From the NCBI GenBank assembly GCA_964590575.1, contig CAZPWM010000021.1:1-40335 (forward strand): 40,335 bases of DNA, written 5' to 3'. Under the pieces are notes generated by a model, which ran no database searches, had not been told where the DNA came from, and saw nothing but the letters and a program-made list of their open reading frames with translations. The position numbers and the translations under genes are program-made. Of this stretch, positions 9,694-18,786 are shown piece by piece. Origin of the DNA: an uncultured archaeon (GTDB lineage: Archaea > Asgardarchaeota > Thorarchaeia > Thorarchaeales > Thorarchaeaceae). Position 1 is the first letter of the stretch. Each line of letters begins with the position of its first letter.

Positions 9694-9720
9694 CTTTAAA
9701 CAGATTAAAGTCTGTTAAAG
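9694..9720. promoter_or_regulatory. Inverted repeat upstream of DUF917 paralogue 1, candidate operator
   Basis: CTTTAAACAGA-TTAAAG-TCTGTTAAAG: 10-bp arms with a one-base bulge, 16-42 nt upstream of the start. Confidence 0.4.
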
Positions 9721-9755
9721 TCATACTCCTATTTATGTCCGTTGGCTGTAACTTG

Positions 9756-9790
9756 AAAAATAAGAAAAAGGAGAGTGGTATTCCACTCTC
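9756..9790 (-). terminator. Hairpin plus T-tract terminator after the metallophosphoesterase
   Basis: GAGAGTGG(9771-9778) / CCACTCTC(9783-9790) with an A-rich run to its left, which is a T-tract on the minus strand. Confidence 0.65.
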
Positions 9791-9809
9791 TCCTGATCTG
9801 TGGTGCTGT

Positions 9810-10751
9810 TTATAGCTCTACGCGACCAGCGGTGACTTTGCCATCTTCAATATTGATAATGAACCCTTTTAGAATTCCTTCTCTGTATTCAGAGCCAGGA
9901 TTAACACAGAGTGTTCTGCCAATCTGTCGATATCCCACAGACTCGTGGATATGCCCATGCATTCCAAGAAGAGGCTCATACTTTTCAATCACTGCTCTGA
10001 CTGATTTGCTGCCTACAGGTCCTAAGACTTCCATTGCTCCTGATTTCTTGACCTTGTATTCTTCATCTAGTGTTGGGGCTGTATCCAATCCAGAATTATA
10101 TGGAGGATCGTGAAAGTTGCAAAGCACATTACTGTAATCGTTTGTTTCAAGACGTGCAAATTCCGCCTCGAGCTTCTCCATCAGCTCTTCTTCTGAGCAT
10201 TCTCTATGAGTGTCCCACGGAGTTGAATTTACCCACTCAAGACTGATCATAGGGTGGCCTCTCACGTCTACGACTTTCTTTAATGGATAGATAACTCTTG
10301 GGTCATCTTCAATCACTTTATCGATTGAATAGGCATCGTCATTACCTGGATTGACAACAACCATGACCTCTTCAGGAATTTTCTCGTTAGCCATATCCAT
10401 CCAGAGCTTAATCCTCTCGACCATGAGGTCCTCAAAGAGCTGAGTAATGGCTCCTTTTGTTTCACGAAGCTTCGCTAATTCTTCAGGTGTTAGAATTTTA
10501 GGATAGTAACCTTCGTCCATTGTAAATTTTATGAACTTGTCCAGATCACTCCGTTTCTTGAATGTCTTCCTCTTGCCAGCTGGTTGTGCATACCATTGGT
10601 TTTCCTTCTCTTGAATTATAGGTGTAATTGCCTTACCTGTCAAATCTCCGCACATCATCGCAACGTCTGCTTTGAACACCTTGGGGGCTCGGCACATTTT
10701 CTCCCAAGTCTGCTGACTTCCATGGGGATCTGCTGCTAGGAAAATTCTCAT
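9810..10751 (-). CDS. Calcineurin-like metallophosphoesterase (Icc-related)
   Basis: All five motifs: DPHGS, CGDLTGK, NPGNDD, NFHDPPY, MHGHIHES; also VNPGS. Confidence 0.9.
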   Translation of the reverse strand: MRIFLAADPHGSQQTWEKMCRAPKVFKADVAMMCGDLTGKAITPIIQEKENQWYAQPAGKRKTFKKRSDLDKFIKFTMDEGYYPKILTPEELAKLRETKGAITQLFEDLMVERIKLWMDMANEKIPEEVMVVVNPGNDDAYSIDKVIEDDPRVIYPLKKVVDVRGHPMISLEWVNSTPWDTHRECSEEELMEKLEAEFARLETNDYSNVLCNFHDPPYNSGLDTAPTLDEEYKVKKSGAMEVLGPVGSKSVRAVIEKYEPLLGMHGHIHESVGYRQIGRTLCVNPGSEYREGILKGFIINIEDGKVTAGRVEL

Positions 10752-10958
10752 TTGATTACCTCATGTGTCTGTGTTTTTCACTCAGACTGCAAAATTGACC
10801 TGTTCTGCTAGTTTAAAGTTTAATGGTGTAACCCTTTCAAGTACTTTAATAAGACTTAGAAAAATCACAACAAGAGACTGCTATGACGTAAGAATTATAA
10901 TTCACTCTTCATCCCAGTCATGGAAAGACGGACAATACCTTTGAGGTGAAATCATTTA

Positions 10959-11759
10959 ATGACAGACAAATACGGTCCCATTCTTGATGATTTTATGGAT
11001 GAGGCTCTAAGAATCGAAAAGGCTGCGGCTGACTTAGGCATCCCTCTTCGGGTTATCGGCTGTTTAGCTTTTAGAATTAAGAGTCCTGAATATTCGGATC
11101 TACATGTTAAGATGGGACGAGAAGTGACTGACATAGACTACATGTCGTATTTCAAACATCAGCAAAAATTGGTCAAATTATTTAGAGATGAACTTGGTTA
11201 TCATTGGGTTCCCCCAAGTTTTGCTCGAGCTTCTACTCTTCGTGACTTATTCATCGATAATGAAAGAGGACGAAAAATCGATGTATTCTATGATCACCTC
11301 GAATTCTGTCACAAGATTGATTTCGCGAAGAATAAACGCCTTGAGGTTGATGCACCAACAATCCCCCTCGCTGAGCTCTTTCTTGAGAAGACACAGATTG
11401 TGGAAATCAATGCAAAGGATTTGAAGGACCTTGTCATCACATTTCTAGCACACGATGTTAGTGAGGCGGATGATGACACGAAAGTCAACGGCTATTATAT
11501 CTCCAAGATTCTGGCTGATGACTGGGGTTTCTATTACACTGTGGTAACGAACATTAAGAAATTCATAGATTTTGTTCCAACTCTTTCAGAAATTACCCAA
11601 GAGCAGAAGGACCTTGTTATCACTCGTGCGAAGAAGTTGCACAAAATGATTGAGAACGCTCCAAAGACACGGAGCTGGAACAGAAGGGCTAAAGTAGGGA
11701 CGAAACAACGCTGGTATAAGATTGTTCACTCAATGGAAGGAACACGTAACGCGGATTAA
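10959..11759 (+). CDS. Pol-beta superfamily nucleotidyltransferase-like protein
   Basis: LRVIGCLAF (hG-x-x-A), TDIDY (DxD), KIDVF (third Asp), helical C-domain with K...KDLKDL. GAGGTG ribosome-binding site upstream. Confidence 0.7.
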   Translation: MTDKYGPILDDFMDEALRIEKAAADLGIPLRVIGCLAFRIKSPEYSDLHVKMGREVTDIDYMSYFKHQQKLVKLFRDELGYHWVPPSFARASTLRDLFIDNERGRKIDVFYDHLEFCHKIDFAKNKRLEVDAPTIPLAELFLEKTQIVEINAKDLKDLVITFLAHDVSEADDDTKVNGYYISKILADDWGFYYTVVTNIKKFIDFVPTLSEITQEQKDLVITRAKKLHKMIENAPKTRSWNRRAKVGTKQRWYKIVHSMEGTRNAD

Positions 11760-11789
11760 CTTAGATTCTATTAATTGAGGTTGTTAGGA

Positions 11790-12908
11790 ATGCAGTTGTC
11801 AAAACAAAACGCCTATGACATGCTCACTGGAGTTGGAATTCTAGGAACTGGCGGTGGAGGAGATCCTATATCCTTTGGAAAACCCATGGTTGATTGGGAT
11901 TATAACAAAGGAAGAGTCTATGAATTAACTTCTCCCGAGGATATTCGAGATGATGCATTTATTGTATGTGGTGGCTACATGGGCTCAGTCAAGGTTTTCA
12001 CTTCAATTGGGGACATGTTGGAGGCCTGGGAAACACGATATGAACTCCATGAGGCTATGAAGATCTCTGAGCGTATAACTGGTAAGAAAGTGGACCATCT
12101 CGTGCCCTTCGAACTTGGTGGAACCAACACTACAGTGATACTGTCTTTAGCTGCGAGAGCAGGCATTACTAGTGTTGATGGTGATGGTCTTGGAAGATCC
12201 GCTCCCGAAACCCAGATGATAACATTTGTTGGTTATGGGATTGAACTCTGTCCAATGCCTGTTGTTTCCAAGAATGGAAGTATCCTCATTATTGATAAGA
12301 CGACTTCTCCAGCGTTGGCTGACGAGATAGGCAGATTTGCAGTTGTTCATGATGGGGGCGTTGGAGCCAACAATCACTATTATCAATCGGGAGCACAATT
12401 GAAGAAAGCTGTGATTCCGAATAGTATCTCAAAGTCAATCGAATTGGGAGCAGCAATTCGTGATGCCAACAAGCACAAAAAAAACCCAATTGATGCGTTT
12501 CTAGATGTTATGGGTGCTCAAGTTTTAGCTCAGGGTCGGATTGAAGACGTTAAGGGCGAAGACCGTGCAGGGCATTGGCATGTATTACTACGAATCAAAG
12601 ATCAAAACCTCAATGGCCGATTCGAGGTTGTTGTGAAGAACGAGTACATGATGGCCATGAGTGACGGTGACCCAGTTGTAATGTTCCCTGATCTCATATG
12701 TCTGCAAAATCCAGATACTGGTCATGGTTTAATGAGTGCGGATCTTAAGAAAGGAATGGATGTTGTTGTCACTGCAGTTCCAGCACATGAAAGATTACGT
12801 TATGCAGGAAGTACCGAAATTGGGAAGAAAGCATTCTCTCCTGATAGATATGGTCATCCTGAGCTAGAGTACAAACCAATGGAAGAGATAATAGGACGGC
12901 TACACTAG
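11790..12908 (+). CDS. DUF917 family protein, paralogue 2
   Basis: ILGTGGGG, PFELGGTNT, VDGDGLGRSAPE, VKNEY, FPDLI, FSPDRYG. Confidence 0.88.
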   Translation: MQLSKQNAYDMLTGVGILGTGGGGDPISFGKPMVDWDYNKGRVYELTSPEDIRDDAFIVCGGYMGSVKVFTSIGDMLEAWETRYELHEAMKISERITGKKVDHLVPFELGGTNTTVILSLAARAGITSVDGDGLGRSAPETQMITFVGYGIELCPMPVVSKNGSILIIDKTTSPALADEIGRFAVVHDGGVGANNHYYQSGAQLKKAVIPNSISKSIELGAAIRDANKHKKNPIDAFLDVMGAQVLAQGRIEDVKGEDRAGHWHVLLRIKDQNLNGRFEVVVKNEYMMAMSDGDPVVMFPDLICLQNPDTGHGLMSADLKKGMDVVVTAVPAHERLRYAGSTEIGKKAFSPDRYGHPELEYKPMEEIIGRLH

Positions 12909-12966
12909 TTTCTAGCGTCAGCAATTCCAGCTGTTCTATATGTATTCAGATAGGAGTAGGAATCAT

Positions 12967-13731
12967 ATGACGAGATTAGCCCTCATTGGTGCAACTGGTA
13001 TTGATTGGTGGACAGACCCGAAGAAGAAATCCTTTGTGGATATGCATACTCCTCCTGGATGTGAGATTGGGAATTTTACACCCAGGCATGGTACTCATAG
13101 CGTCGAGTCACTCACTGATGAGGCGTATAATGCCCCCTTCATTCTCGAGCAGATAGTGCGGGCAAATAATGCGGGTTATGATGTAATCGTGATAGATTGT
13201 GCTTGTGATCCAGTTCTCGAGGCTGCTCGGGAAGTTTCCAAGATACCTGTTGTTGGACCCCGAAATACAGCTTTCCACCTGGCTCTCACACTTGGAACTC
13301 GTTTTGGTGTTGTGACCGTTCAAGGTGAAGCACTGAAGAAATGCATTGAACATGGAGTTCGAAAAGAGGGTCTAGAGACCTTTTGTGCTGGAGTTCGATA
13401 CCTTGAGATGCCTGTCTTAGAGATTGCGAAGAGACCAGATCAAGCACAGAACGAGATCTATCTGAAAAGCAAAGAGCTCATTCAGAATCATGACGCTGAT
13501 GTTATTGTTCTCGGTTGCACTGCACTATCCCATGAAGTGGATCTCCAACCAATTATGGAGAAGCTGCAAGTTCCGATTATTGACCCTTGGATAGTAGCGA
13601 TAAAGACAGCCTTCATGCTTGTTGAATCTGGGTTGTCGCATAGCAAAATTGCCTATCCCGTTCCTCCAAAGAAAAAGATCAATGAGGCTCCCTGTCTACA
13701 AGGTGCCTTTGATGATATACTGAAAGAGTAA
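12967..13731 (+). CDS. Asp/Glu/hydantoin racemase family protein (hydantoin/allantoin racemase-like)
   Basis: Catalytic Cys pair in IDCACDP and VLGCT; IPVVGP; VPIIDP; GLSHSKIAYP. Confidence 0.9.
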   Translation: MTRLALIGATGIDWWTDPKKKSFVDMHTPPGCEIGNFTPRHGTHSVESLTDEAYNAPFILEQIVRANNAGYDVIVIDCACDPVLEAAREVSKIPVVGPRNTAFHLALTLGTRFGVVTVQGEALKKCIEHGVRKEGLETFCAGVRYLEMPVLEIAKRPDQAQNEIYLKSKELIQNHDADVIVLGCTALSHEVDLQPIMEKLQVPIIDPWIVAIKTAFMLVESGLSHSKIAYPVPPKKKINEAPCLQGAFDDILKE

Positions 13732-13734
13732 GTT

Positions 13735-14976
13735 CTAGATACCCCGAGAATTCCGCTCTTTGATAAGGAGTGGGATAATTCCCACAAGCACAATGATTGA
13801 GAGAACCATGCACATCAGATACGGGAGCGCGCCGCTAAAGTCGTCAAGCCATCCTCCAAAAATAGGTCCTAGAAACAGACCAACTCCACCCATACTTTCC
13901 AATAGACCTGCATATGCTCCTTTCTCTATCTTCGTTGCAGACACGATAAGATACAGAGCTCCGAGGTAGCAAAATCCAACTGCGATGCCTGATAGAACCA
14001 TTGCTATTGCGAGCATCCAGAAATCGATGAATATGAATAATACTCCTGATGATAATGCAGAGAGTACTGCACCTATGAGTATCACAGTACTCATAGATTT
14101 TTCAGGCAGTCTTGCTGTCACTATGAAAGCTCCTGTCCGAACGCCATTCCAAATTAACAACATGGTTCCCCAGTCATTTGTAGTTAAACTAGGTAGGGTC
14201 TCAACATAGCCTGGGAATAATGCGAGAATCACAGTTGATACAACTCCCCATAACATAATGGAGAGGTAGGATACAATGAATCTGGGACTTGTCTTGGAAT
14301 GCGTTCTCTCAGTACTGTTATCCTGTAATTCGTTCTCACTTGATGTTTTGTCTAGTGATTTTCTTTTGTAACCTTGCAGAAAGCCTGCAATAAGCCCCAG
14401 CATCACCAACTCAATTCCAATAACAATATAGATGCTTGATGCTGGTCCATAGTTTCCCTCCATGAAGGTTAGGACAAACGGGCTGAATATCATCCCTGCA
14501 CTCCATGCAGTCGAGAAGTTCCCTAATACCTCACATTCAGCTTCTGGTGTCAGTTCTGCAAGCATAGCTTGATTTGAGGGCGCGATGAACCCATAGACTA
14601 ATCCCTCAAGGGCTCTTATGATAATCAGATAAATTGGAGATGCGAATGGATTGAGGAAGAGAATCAGAACCAAAACGTACGAAACTGTAGCTACCAATAG
14701 TGCAGTTCGGCGTCCTACCCTATCAGAAAACCTTCCTCCGAGAGAGGGTGAGATCATATAGACGATTCCGAATGAGCCCATAGCCCATCCCATCTCGAAA
14801 CCTGTGCCTCCTAGTTCTCCTACATACCAAGGAGCAAAGATCTCCGTGGTTCCTAGAGTGAATGTCACAAGGAAAGTTGCGATATATGCTACTAGACGGT
14901 TCCTTCGTTTTGCTGCCTCTGGCATGTCTGGTTTCTCAGCATCATCTAGACAGAATGGTTCTATTGGCTCATGCAT
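13735..14976 (-). CDS. MFS transporter
   Basis: Motif A GGRFSDRVGRR, IRALEG, about 12 TM segments, GPIFGGWL. Confidence 0.92.
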   Translation of the reverse strand: MHEPIEPFCLDDAEKPDMPEAAKRRNRLVAYIATFLVTFTLGTTEIFAPWYVGELGGTGFEMGWAMGSFGIVYMISPSLGGRFSDRVGRRTALLVATVSYVLVLILFLNPFASPIYLIIIRALEGLVYGFIAPSNQAMLAELTPEAECEVLGNFSTAWSAGMIFSPFVLTFMEGNYGPASSIYIVIGIELVMLGLIAGFLQGYKRKSLDKTSSENELQDNSTERTHSKTSPRFIVSYLSIMLWGVVSTVILALFPGYVETLPSLTTNDWGTMLLIWNGVRTGAFIVTARLPEKSMSTVILIGAVLSALSSGVLFIFIDFWMLAIAMVLSGIAVGFCYLGALYLIVSATKIEKGAYAGLLESMGGVGLFLGPIFGGWLDDFSGALPYLMCMVLSIIVLVGIIPLLIKERNSRGI

Positions 14977-14990
14977 TTCCTCAAATCCTT

Positions 14991-16013
14991 CTACTTTAGT
15001 TGGTGTGTAAACTCAGTACCCAATATCTTTGCATTGTCTAACGGTTCGGTTCCAGGAACCGGAAACGCAACAATTGTGTTGGCACCTGCGTCAATCATTT
15101 GCTGCAATCTCTTGATGCAAGATTCTTTGTCCCCAACAAGACAAAGTTCCGCAACCATACTATCAGTGATTAATTCAGAGAGCAAGGCATCATCACCTTT
15201 CTCTGCAGCCTGGAACATTGCTTGTGTGTCCTCAGGTTTAACACCTGCATGAGACATCAGCGGGCCTCCTGGTTGGGAATGTGGAAGATAGAGCTTTGAG
15301 AATTCGCGAGCTGTGTTGATTGCATTATCTAAATCATCGTCAATGACCATTGGCATGTACGCTACCATCTCATAACTATCCAATGACTTTCCAACCTTTT
15401 TGGCTCCCTTTGCAACACATTCCCATGCTGATTTAACATAGGATGGAGTACAGAAGATGGAAAGAATAACGCCATCACCAATCTCTCCTGAGAGCTCTAG
15501 ACCCTTGGGCCCTTCGAACGCCAGATAAATTGGTGCACTCTTACGAACTGGTTCAAATACGAGTTTGATGTCTTTCGCTGTGAAGAACTTGTCTTCGTGA
15601 TTGATATTCTCACCAGTCATGATCTTTCTAACAAGATCAACGCAAGCGCGTGTCCTGGATAGTGGCTTCTTGTCGTAGATTCCCATCTGGTCCATCCAGA
15701 ATGGTACTCCAGAGCCTAATCCAAAAACAGTTCTCATGTTAGACATCTCGTCTAGAGTAGCAAATTCCATAGCTATTAAGGCCGGGTGTCGAGAATACGG
15801 ATTTACGACTCCTAAACCCAACCTGATTTTTTCTGTCGCCATGGCAGCGGCAGCCATGTAAGGGATGCCTCCACGGAAGAAATAATCCTCCGCAAACCAA
15901 GCTGAGCCCAACCCTGAGGTTTCAGCGACTCTTGCAAGTTCAACTGCTTCAGTGACAGGAAAAACTCCAGTCATTGCAACACCCAATTCTTTGAACCCTT
16001 TCATTGACTTCAT
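14991..16013 (-). CDS. LLM-class flavin/F420-dependent oxidoreductase (Mer-like)
   Basis: WFAED, IRLGLGVVNPYSRHPALIA, GLGSG, PIYLA-GPK, GEIGDGVI. Confidence 0.88.
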   Translation of the reverse strand: MKSMKGFKELGVAMTGVFPVTEAVELARVAETSGLGSAWFAEDYFFRGGIPYMAAAAMATEKIRLGLGVVNPYSRHPALIAMEFATLDEMSNMRTVFGLGSGVPFWMDQMGIYDKKPLSRTRACVDLVRKIMTGENINHEDKFFTAKDIKLVFEPVRKSAPIYLAFEGPKGLELSGEIGDGVILSIFCTPSYVKSAWECVAKGAKKVGKSLDSYEMVAYMPMVIDDDLDNAINTAREFSKLYLPHSQPGGPLMSHAGVKPEDTQAMFQAAEKGDDALLSELITDSMVAELCLVGDKESCIKRLQQMIDAGANTIVAFPVPGTEPLDNAKILGTEFTHQLK

Positions 16014-16044
16014 TCCTCATTATCTATTGAACTTCCATATAATA

Positions 16045-16075
16045 AAACAAAAGATGAGGAGGGGAAAAACCCCTC
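16045..16075 (-). terminator. Hairpin directly after the AOR stop codon
   Basis: GAGGGG(16059-16064) AAAAA CCCCTC(16070-16075), followed on the minus strand by T-rich sequence. Confidence 0.5.
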
Positions 16076-18000
16076 TACTCCTCTGGAAGCAGGCCATGCT
16101 TATCCAGATGATCTGCTACGTCCTTGAGACCCAGCTTTTCTAATGTACTCCTATACGGCCAGCTAGTCTTGAGGTCCCACTCGTGAAGAGTATAATAGTT
16201 ATCTAGCGCCTCATCAAGTTCCTTTTGGGAGTTTGTCGCTCCTTTCAGTGGTCCTGATTTCGCACCCTCATTCATGAGCCGCCAAGGCAGATTATCATGC
16301 TCACGGGTTGCACCCCTAGTGATATTGAATGCTTTTTCGAGAGTACACACACGACGGCCCGTGAGCATCATCTCTTCCTCTGTCATTTCAATTCCTGTAG
16401 CAGCAGCATAGAGTCTTGCCATGTTGTCTGGATTGACTCCGAACGCTGCTGTTGACGTGAAGACGCAGAAGCCTAATGCTTCAGTGATTTCATAGCAGTC
16501 TTCATGCCACCTAACAATTTCTGCTCTGAACTCAGTATAATGTGAAGACGCCCATTTCTTATCACCTGTGATCTTCTCAATCAAATCAACTGCTTCAGGA
16601 CTTGACCCGAATTCGGCAAAGGTCTCTGTCATAAGGTGATCCGGGCCTCGTGGATTGACTGCAAATGCTAGAGCATATGCTTTTGCTGAGCGTGTTTCAA
16701 CGTTAGATTGTTCTAACCCTTTTGCGTTCATCACTGCCCATTTGTATGAGTCATGTCCAACTTTCGCTGTGGCTATCTTGAGACCATCTCCCAATAGATT
16801 GCCTAGCTTACCTTTTCGATAAGCAAGCGCTTCAATCGTTGCTAAGAGTTCGGGAATCTTCCCCCAGCCTAAATCTAGACCGTCTGTGTCTTCCTTTGTG
16901 AGAACACCTCTTTCATAGCTCTCGATTGCCCACTGAGCCACACCACCAGCTGTGATGGTGTCTAGACCGAGTCTGTTGCAGATTTCATTGGCTAGAAGTA
17001 CCCCCTCTGTGTCTATCACCCCTGGGCCATTGCCAAGTGCTCCAAACGTTTCATACTCCGGTCCTCCGCTTGCAACTCCTGCATTGGGCCCTTTAGAAAT
17101 CTCAGAATATCTATGACACCCTATTGTGCATCCAAAACATGCTACGCGTCTTTTCAGGTATCCAAGCTCACTCAGTGCCTGACCTGTGATTGGATAGACA
17201 TTCTCAGTGTACCCAGTCTGCCAGTTCCTTCCTGGAAATGCATGCATCTCATTAACTGCAGCGACTGAACTTGATGTGCCGAATTCGTGCAAGCCTTGAG
17301 CACCACTATCAGCTCTAAGGGTTTCACGCATTTCTTGGGCAATCTCCGCAAATTTCTCAGGATCCTTCACACGAACCGGTTTTGTACCTCTTACACTGAT
17401 AGCTTTCAGATTCTTCTTACTCATCACTGCAGCTCCTCCGCCTCGTCCTGCAGCGTGATAGACCGAACAGTGAATAGAAGCGGCTCTCACTAGATTTTCT
17501 CCAGCGGGGCCGATGTATAGACCTCGAGAGTCTTCACCGTGCCACTTCTTGAGTAAGGCATCAGTTTCTATGATATCTTTACCCCATAACTCCTTAGCAC
17601 TTCGAATCTCAACATGGTCATCTTCAATAAGAATGTATGATGGTTCCTTCGCTACTCCATGTACCACCAAGTGGTCGTATCCTGCGTACTTTAGCTCAGC
17701 CCCCCAATGACCTCCAGTGTTACTTTTCAGATAGAGTCCAGTTGTGCAACCCACGGTTGTGACTGAGGTTCGACCTGAAGCAGGTGCTGTGGTACCTGTA
17801 ATTGCGCCGGGTGCAAAAATGATGATGTTCCTAGGATCATCCCATGTAATCTCGGGATCCTTACAATAATCCCAGAGTATTCTGGCGTTGATACCTCTCG
17901 ATCCAACGTATAGCTTTCTCCATTCCTCAGGTAGGTTTTCGACCCATGTCTTACCCTTGTTCAGATCGACGTGTAATATTTTGCCTTGATGTCCGTACAC
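16075..18000 (-). CDS. aor: Tungsten-containing aldehyde:ferredoxin oxidoreductase family protein
   Basis: SNTGGHWGAELKYAGYD, IGPAGENLV, GRGGGAAVM-KNLKA, CFGCTIGC, GPEYET, GLDTI, NPRGPDH, LGFCVF. GTG 18000 follows GGAGG. Confidence 0.93.
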   Translation of the reverse strand: MYGHQGKILHVDLNKGKTWVENLPEEWRKLYVGSRGINARILWDYCKDPEITWDDPRNIIIFAPGAITGTTAPASGRTSVTTVGCTTGLYLKSNTGGHWGAELKYAGYDHLVVHGVAKEPSYILIEDDHVEIRSAKELWGKDIIETDALLKKWHGEDSRGLYIGPAGENLVRAASIHCSVYHAAGRGGGAAVMSKKNLKAISVRGTKPVRVKDPEKFAEIAQEMRETLRADSGAQGLHEFGTSSSVAAVNEMHAFPGRNWQTGYTENVYPITGQALSELGYLKRRVACFGCTIGCHRYSEISKGPNAGVASGGPEYETFGALGNGPGVIDTEGVLLANEICNRLGLDTITAGGVAQWAIESYERGVLTKEDTDGLDLGWGKIPELLATIEALAYRKGKLGNLLGDGLKIATAKVGHDSYKWAVMNAKGLEQSNVETRSAKAYALAFAVNPRGPDHLMTETFAEFGSSPEAVDLIEKITGDKKWASSHYTEFRAEIVRWHEDCYEITEALGFCVFTSTAAFGVNPDNMARLYAAATGIEMTEEEMMLTGRRVCTLEKAFNITRGATREHDNLPWRLMNEGAKSGPLKGATNSQKELDEALDNYYTLHEWDLKTSWPYRSTLEKLGLKDVADHLDKHGLLPEE

Positions 18001-18001
18001 T

Positions 18002-18499
18002 TCATGTTTCCTCCTTCTTGAGATCACGATACATTGTCATACGAGCAGATCGTAATTTCTTCTTAATCTTCTCCGTTTCATCAGACTTGTCAACCCATAC
18101 TATTGCTCCAGGAACGCAATGCTTCACACAATAGGGGTCTCCGTCACATAAATCGCAAAACATCGGTTGTTTTGTTTCAGGGTGTAGACGTATTGCATGA
18201 TATATGCAAGCCTCTACACAGGAACCATTAGATGTACAGAGTTTCGTATCCACAGTTATTATCCCGGTTTTTTCGTCCCTTGATAATGCCCCATTTGGAC
18301 ATGATGCAACACATGGGTATGATTCACATTGCTCACAAACAAGCTGCACTCCAAGAGCAATGTCTTCTTTCTTTAGAATCTTTATTCGCCCTCTATTTGG
18401 GTCGAACAAATCTTCCTTCGTTAGAGAACATGCCAAGGTGCACTGCTTGCAACCTGTGCATTTGTCCATGTCGACAAGTAGCAATTTCTCCATCATCAT
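18002..18499 (-). CDS. 4Fe-4S dicluster protein (AOR-associated electron-transfer subunit)
   Basis: CTGCKQC-LAC, CEQC...CVASCP, CTSNGSCVEAC, CDLCDGDPYCVKHC; directly upstream of aor. Confidence 0.92.
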   Translation of the reverse strand: MMMEKLLLVDMDKCTGCKQCTLACSLTKEDLFDPNRGRIKILKKEDIALGVQLVCEQCESYPCVASCPNGALSRDEKTGIITVDTKLCTSNGSCVEACIYHAIRLHPETKQPMFCDLCDGDPYCVKHCVPGAIVWVDKSDETEKIKKKLRSARMTMYRDLKKEET

Positions 18500-18786
18500 T
18501 CATTCCATCTTTTTGTTAAAGTGAACATGTCTGAACCTACATTAAAATCCTGCCGTTGTCGTTCGGTATAATCAATCATATCGCCTCAAAAAGTCCTGAA
18601 ACCTAATAGAATGGATTTCTGAGGTTGCTTGGAAGTCTTACTTAACCATTTTCTGTTTCTTTAACTATGTATACTTACATCTCACAGATTAAAGAAACCA
18701 CTTTAAGAATGTCATCATCCTAGGAGTAGTGGTCCGAAGCGATAGGTTTTAAGACTCCTGGACCGGCGAGTCATTGAGTGATACCT

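Noticed and set aside
10959-11759. NTase as a CBASS cyclase or AbiE toxin-antitoxin defence system
   Set aside because: No CD-NTase-type architecture, Cap effector or HTH antitoxin nearby; the context is metabolic.
14991-16013. Assigning the symbol mer
   Set aside because: It is Mer-like, but WFAEDY differs from the typical Mer motif and the context is catabolic; LLM paralogues are numerous.
18721-18770. tRNA-like or pseudoknot-like segment (AGGAGT/ACTCCT and GGTCC/GGACC pairings)
   Set aside because: No T-arm or acceptor stem. The pseudoknot would need a zero-length third loop. The segment contains the probable TATA box of the DUF2085 gene.
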